A stretch of 64,000 bases of DNA from an uncultured Spirochaetota bacterium (lineage in GTDB: Bacteria > Spirochaetota > Brevinematia > Brevinematales > JAOACQ01), in contig CAWIGG010000005.1 of the NCBI GenBank assembly GCA_963835575.1, positions 352,001 through 416,000 on the forward strand. The letters are read 5' to 3'. Below are positions 60,519 through 64,000 of this stretch, piece after piece (positions within the stretch are counted from its first letter, which is position 1; each line of letters opens with the position of its first letter). A program made the translations under genes and the position numbers. Under the pieces are notes generated by a model. That model saw only the letters and a list, made by a program, of their open reading frames with translations, was not told the origin of the DNA and made no database searches.

Positions 60519-60959
60519 ATGAGTTTGACTTACTCGCTTGATAATTCTGATGACTTGTTTGAAAAACTAAAATATGATTACAGTAACTTGAATAATGAAT
60601 TAAATGCTTATACTTTTTTCAATTTTATTATAACAGCATATCATTTGAAGCAGTGGATTGAAGAAGATGAATTAAAATCTGAAACTCGACAGCAAAAAAT
60701 AAAAGAATTTAAAAAATCCTCTTATTATAATATTTGCCGGGACATAACAAATGCAAGTAAGCATTTTAAATTAAATTATATCCCAAAAACACAAGATGCA
60801 AACTTGATGAGTGGATGTGGTGTTGGACGGTGCGGTCATGGCGCTTGCGGAATAGGCGAATGTTCAATAGAAATCATTATGATTGATGGAAGGAAATTTG
60901 ATGCTTTGGAAGTTGCTAATAAAGTTATGAAAATATATTCGGATATATTTGAAAAATAA
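60519..60959 (+). CDS. Hypothetical protein
   Basis: AT-rich ORF with RBS; NFIITAYHL..W and CRDITNASKH motifs. Confidence 0.7.
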   Translation: MSLTYSLDNSDDLFEKLKYDYSNLNNELNAYTFFNFIITAYHLKQWIEEDELKSETRQQKIKEFKKSSYYNICRDITNASKHFKLNYIPKTQDANLMSGCGVGRCGHGACGIGECSIEIIMIDGRKFDALEVANKVMKIYSDIFEK

Positions 60960-60978
60960 AGTGATATTATTCCCCAAA

Positions 60979-61320
60979 CATCCGCGCGAAGCCGTCTCAT
61001 CCGCGTCATCCGTGTGGAATTGGGGTCTATAAACCAGCTTTAGTAAAAACAAAAAGGAATTATCAAACAACAGCTTTTCTATTACCGGCGCAGCCCTTAC
61101 TGCTTAACCACCGAACCCTTCCGTGCCATTCCGTGCCATTCTGTGGCCATCCCCTCTCCGTTCACCTTCCCGTCTTCCTACCTTCCTGTAAACCCTTAGC
61201 GTTCCTTCGCGTGGCTTCGCGGATTACCCCATTAGACCCCTTCCTGCCTTGTAAATTCCCAAATTCGCGTTCATTCGCGTGGCCCTTCGATACGCCCTTC
61301 GGGCTACTCAGGGCAAGCCT
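60979..61320. repeat. Cluster of periodic repeat modules plus a cccttcga..ctcaggg REP
   Basis: Modules are shared with 62601-62968, e.g. aacccttagcgttccttcgcgtggcttcgcggattacccc. Confidence 0.8.
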
Positions 61321-61457
61321 TGCCGCAAGCATAGGCTTCGTTTCTTCTATTGCATTTACCCTTATGGAAAAGTATAGGAAAGTCGGAAATTGAAGACTTT
61401 TGATTAATTTCCAGTTATTGATCCCGGCGGACGGCGAACTGCCGTCTATGATCCGGC

Positions 61458-62384
61458 TTACTTCTCCGACAGGAACTTGATCATATCCCTAACGGACAAA
61501 TCGGGGGCCTCCTCCATCGAGACATGGCCGAGGTTGGTGTATATGACAAGTCTCGAGCCGGCGATATCCTGATGGAACCGGTAGGCGTTCTCCACCGGGA
61601 TGACCTTGTCCTTCATTCCCCACATGATCAGCGTCGGCGTGCGGATAGTTTTGATCAGACCCGAGCTGTCCGGTTCGGAGATCCGCATCCTTTTGCCGAT
61701 CTCGTCCCTGTTTCCTTCCCTCATGATAAGCTCATAATAACGGTCTTCGGTCTCCGGCGTCAGCTTGGACCTGTCCGCATAAGCGAGCTCGATATTCTTG
61801 ACCACCATCTTTTTGGTCGTCAAAAATTTTACCAGCTTGCCGAAAAAAGGGATTTTAGCCGATTTGAGCGCCGGCAATGTTGTCGCAGACGGGTAGCCGC
61901 CCGCGTCTTCCAGGACAAGTTTCGAGACCTTGCCGGGATGGGCGACGGTATATTCCCATGCCACCCTTCCGCCCATGGAATTACCGCAGAGAGCAAAATT
62001 GGAGATTTTCAAATACTCTGTCAGCTGGTCCACGGCCCGTACCGAGCTCTCTGTTGTCGGAGGATGGCCTTTCCATGGCCCTGTCAGGCCGAAGCCGGGC
62101 AGATCGAGCCTGATGACGCGGTAGCGGTTTGTCAGGTTCCGCACCCATCCGTCCCATGTCTGGAGCGAGGATGAAAAGCCATGCAGCAGAATGACAGGGT
62201 ATCCCGAGCCCTCGTCCCTGTAGTGAAAGGCTGTGCCCTCAAGCACGACGAATTTCGAGTCCTCGTTGGCGTATTTGGCCATAAGCCGGCTGACAGGAAT
62301 ATCCGGGTTTCCGAAATTAACCGTTAAGACCGCACCGGCAAGCAGGACAACGATGACAATCAGGACTACGGTTGAACGTTTCAT
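61458..62384 (-). CDS. Membrane-anchored alpha/beta hydrolase
   Basis: HGFSSS, DLPGFG, GNSMGG, WG.KD, GHVSMEE. Confidence 0.92.
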   Translation of the reverse strand: MKRSTVVLIVIVVLLAGAVLTVNFGNPDIPVSRLMAKYANEDSKFVVLEGTAFHYRDEGSGYPVILLHGFSSSLQTWDGWVRNLTNRYRVIRLDLPGFGLTGPWKGHPPTTESSVRAVDQLTEYLKISNFALCGNSMGGRVAWEYTVAHPGKVSKLVLEDAGGYPSATTLPALKSAKIPFFGKLVKFLTTKKMVVKNIELAYADRSKLTPETEDRYYELIMREGNRDEIGKRMRISEPDSSGLIKTIRTPTLIMWGMKDKVIPVENAYRFHQDIAGSRLVIYTNLGHVSMEEAPDLSVRDMIKFLSEK

Positions 62385-62600
62385 AAGTCCTCCTTAATAG
62401 GGAAAATTATAATTCTCGCATCCAAAAATCGCAAAAAATGGGGCCAGTGTCGGTACTGGCTAAGCCAGTACCTCCCAACGGAAAATCGTCCCGCCGGCCT
62501 TCGACACATAGGCTGAAGGCTTAGAGTTAATAATCCTCGAAAATCCGCGGGACTTGTGCCGAGTGCCTTGCCTGCTGACGCAGGAAGGCAGGTAGTCGAG

Positions 62601-62968
62601 TCATCCGCGCCCATCCATGTGAAATTGGAGTTTACTAAAAAGCTTAAACAAAGCCTGAAGGACTTCTCTCTTATTTTTCTCTGTATTCCAGTCTTAGCTC
62701 TCTGTACCCTCTGTATTTAAACACCGAATCATTCTCTGCAATGTCAGCCAACTTGAAATCCAATAAAACCGCTCCATAAATCATACCTTCGTACCTTCCG
62801 CCTTCCTGTGAACCCTTAGCGTTCCTTCGCGTGGCTTCGCGGATTACCCCGTTCGTGGTCCCTTCCGTGCTATTCCGTGAAATTCCGTGGCTAAACCCTT
62901 TCCGTCCTCTTCCCGTCTTCCCACCTTCCTGCCAATCCCCATTCGCGTCCATTCGCGTGCATTAGCGG
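62601..62968. repeat. Cluster of periodic repeat modules
   Basis: Shares direct-repeat modules with 60979-61280. Confidence 0.8.
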
Positions 62969-62982
62969 ATTACCAACTCTGA

Positions 62983-64000
62983 TTACAAACTCTTCAAAAT
63001 ATAGTCCATCGAGCTCGATATGGACAGGGCCCTGGAAATAGACATCGCCGCGATATTCGCGAAAGAGTCCAGATACCTGACTTCGTCTTTCGAAAAAAAG
63101 GTTTTATCATCCTTCTTTAAAATGGCAATGACGCCGATCACCGAATTGTTGGCCGAAAGCGGCATATAAAACCATGGGGATGAGGAAAGAGTGTCCGTGC
63201 CGCGGCCGGCTGTCTTATTATTTTTATAGACCCATTGGGATATGCCTTTTTCATTCTCGCCGAATACGGCCCTGTCCTCTGTTTCCGCCATGATCTTAAC
63301 ATTATCTTCCTTGCCGGGCAGGAGAACAATCACGTCGCTCTTGAAAAAATCCCCGATATTTTTAATGATTGAACCGAGAAGTTCGCTCAGGTTATTACGG
63401 CTCAAGAGCTCCTTGCTGAAATTGTAAATCGTATAAAGGAATTTTTCCTGCTTCTTGTAAGTATCTATTCTCCAGCGGACCATATCGGACAAAATGCTGG
63501 TCGTTACGCCGACGATAAAAAAGACGATGAAAATCGGCAGATACTGGATGTCGCTTATGGAAAAGCTGAAAAAAGGCTTGACAAAGAAAAAATCGAGAGC
63601 GGCGACGGATAAAAGAGAAGCCCAGACACCCTGCTTCCTGCCCCAGAAGAAACTCACTATCAGTACCGGCAGGAGCATCAGCATAATGATGTTTGTAAAC
63701 CCGAGTATATGAATGAGAAAATAACACACGGTTGTAACAGCGATCACAATTAGCGAAGGAACGATATATTTTGTCCATTCCCAGCTTTTCCCTGTCTCGG
63801 ATTTAACTTCCTGCCTTGAAGACTCCCCCGTTGTATCGACCAGCATCACATGGATAGGTTTTACTTTCCCGATCAGTTCCCCGACTACCGATCCCCGGAT
63901 CAGGTTGTCCAGACGCGACCGGGATGAAAAACCGATCAGGATCAGGGTCACATGGTTTTCCTTTGCGAACGAGGCGATCTCGTCAGCGATCCTGTCCGCG
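62983..64000 (-). CDS. kdpD: KdpD-like sensor (USP, DUF4118 TMs, GAF); 5' end outside the window, no kinase domain
   Basis: GSVVGELI USP, ALDFFFVKPFFSF, AGRGTDTL GAF motif; the stop follows the GAF domain. Confidence 0.8.
   Translation of the reverse strand, partial: ADRIADEIASFAKENHVTLILIGFSSRSRLDNLIRGSVVGELIGKVKPIHVMLVDTTGESSRQEVKSETGKSWEWTKYIVPSLIVIAVTTVCYFLIHILGFTNIIMLMLLPVLIVSFFWGRKQGVWASLLSVAALDFFFVKPFFSFSISDIQYLPIFIVFFIVGVTTSILSDMVRWRIDTYKKQEKFLYTIYNFSKELLSRNNLSELLGSIIKNIGDFFKSDVIVLLPGKEDNVKIMAETEDRAVFGENEKGISQWVYKNNKTAGRGTDTLSSSPWFYMPLSANNSVIGVIAILKKDDKTFFSKDEVRYLDSFANIAAMSISRALSISSSMDYILKSL

Noticed and set aside
62671..62952. 93-aa ORF
   Set aside because: It is mostly a translation of the periodic repeat cluster; at best a decayed remnant.
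60979..62968. CRISPR array
   Set aside because: There is no constant repeat with regular unique spacers, and no cas genes in the window.
1..64000. tRNA, rRNA, riboswitch, reverse transcriptase or prophage genes
   Set aside because: None were recognisable by eye; a covariance-model search would be needed to exclude small RNAs.

Overview
Bacterial chromosomal window. A spirochaete is plausible, inferred from the FecR/PEGA and lipoprotein gene types and the long attC-like sites, but this is not proven. It carries housekeeping and metabolic genes (nspC and carboxynorspermidine dehydrogenase, GH30-CBM2 xylanase, GtrA/GT2, recO, thiH, nfo-like, deaD, RluA-family, rsmA, kdpD-like) among a very dense set of palindromic and repeat elements. 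Main observations: (1) a type IIG restriction-modification protein with an in-frame RAYT (Y1 HUH transposase) domain and translated REP hairpins; (2) an integrase-less, integron-like cassette array at about 9-16.6 kb with defence-type cargo, plus a triplicated leader ending in an attI-like GTTRRRY core; (3) a GxxExxY nuclease gene bounded by 9-nt-period inverted repeats, with an internally deleted copy and several gene-less relatives; (4) two families of 200-400 bp hairpin elements; (5) two IS1182-type insertions with identifiable IRs and target duplications; (6) several genes broken by single stops or frameshifts. Protein family calls come from motif recognition by eye, not database searches.
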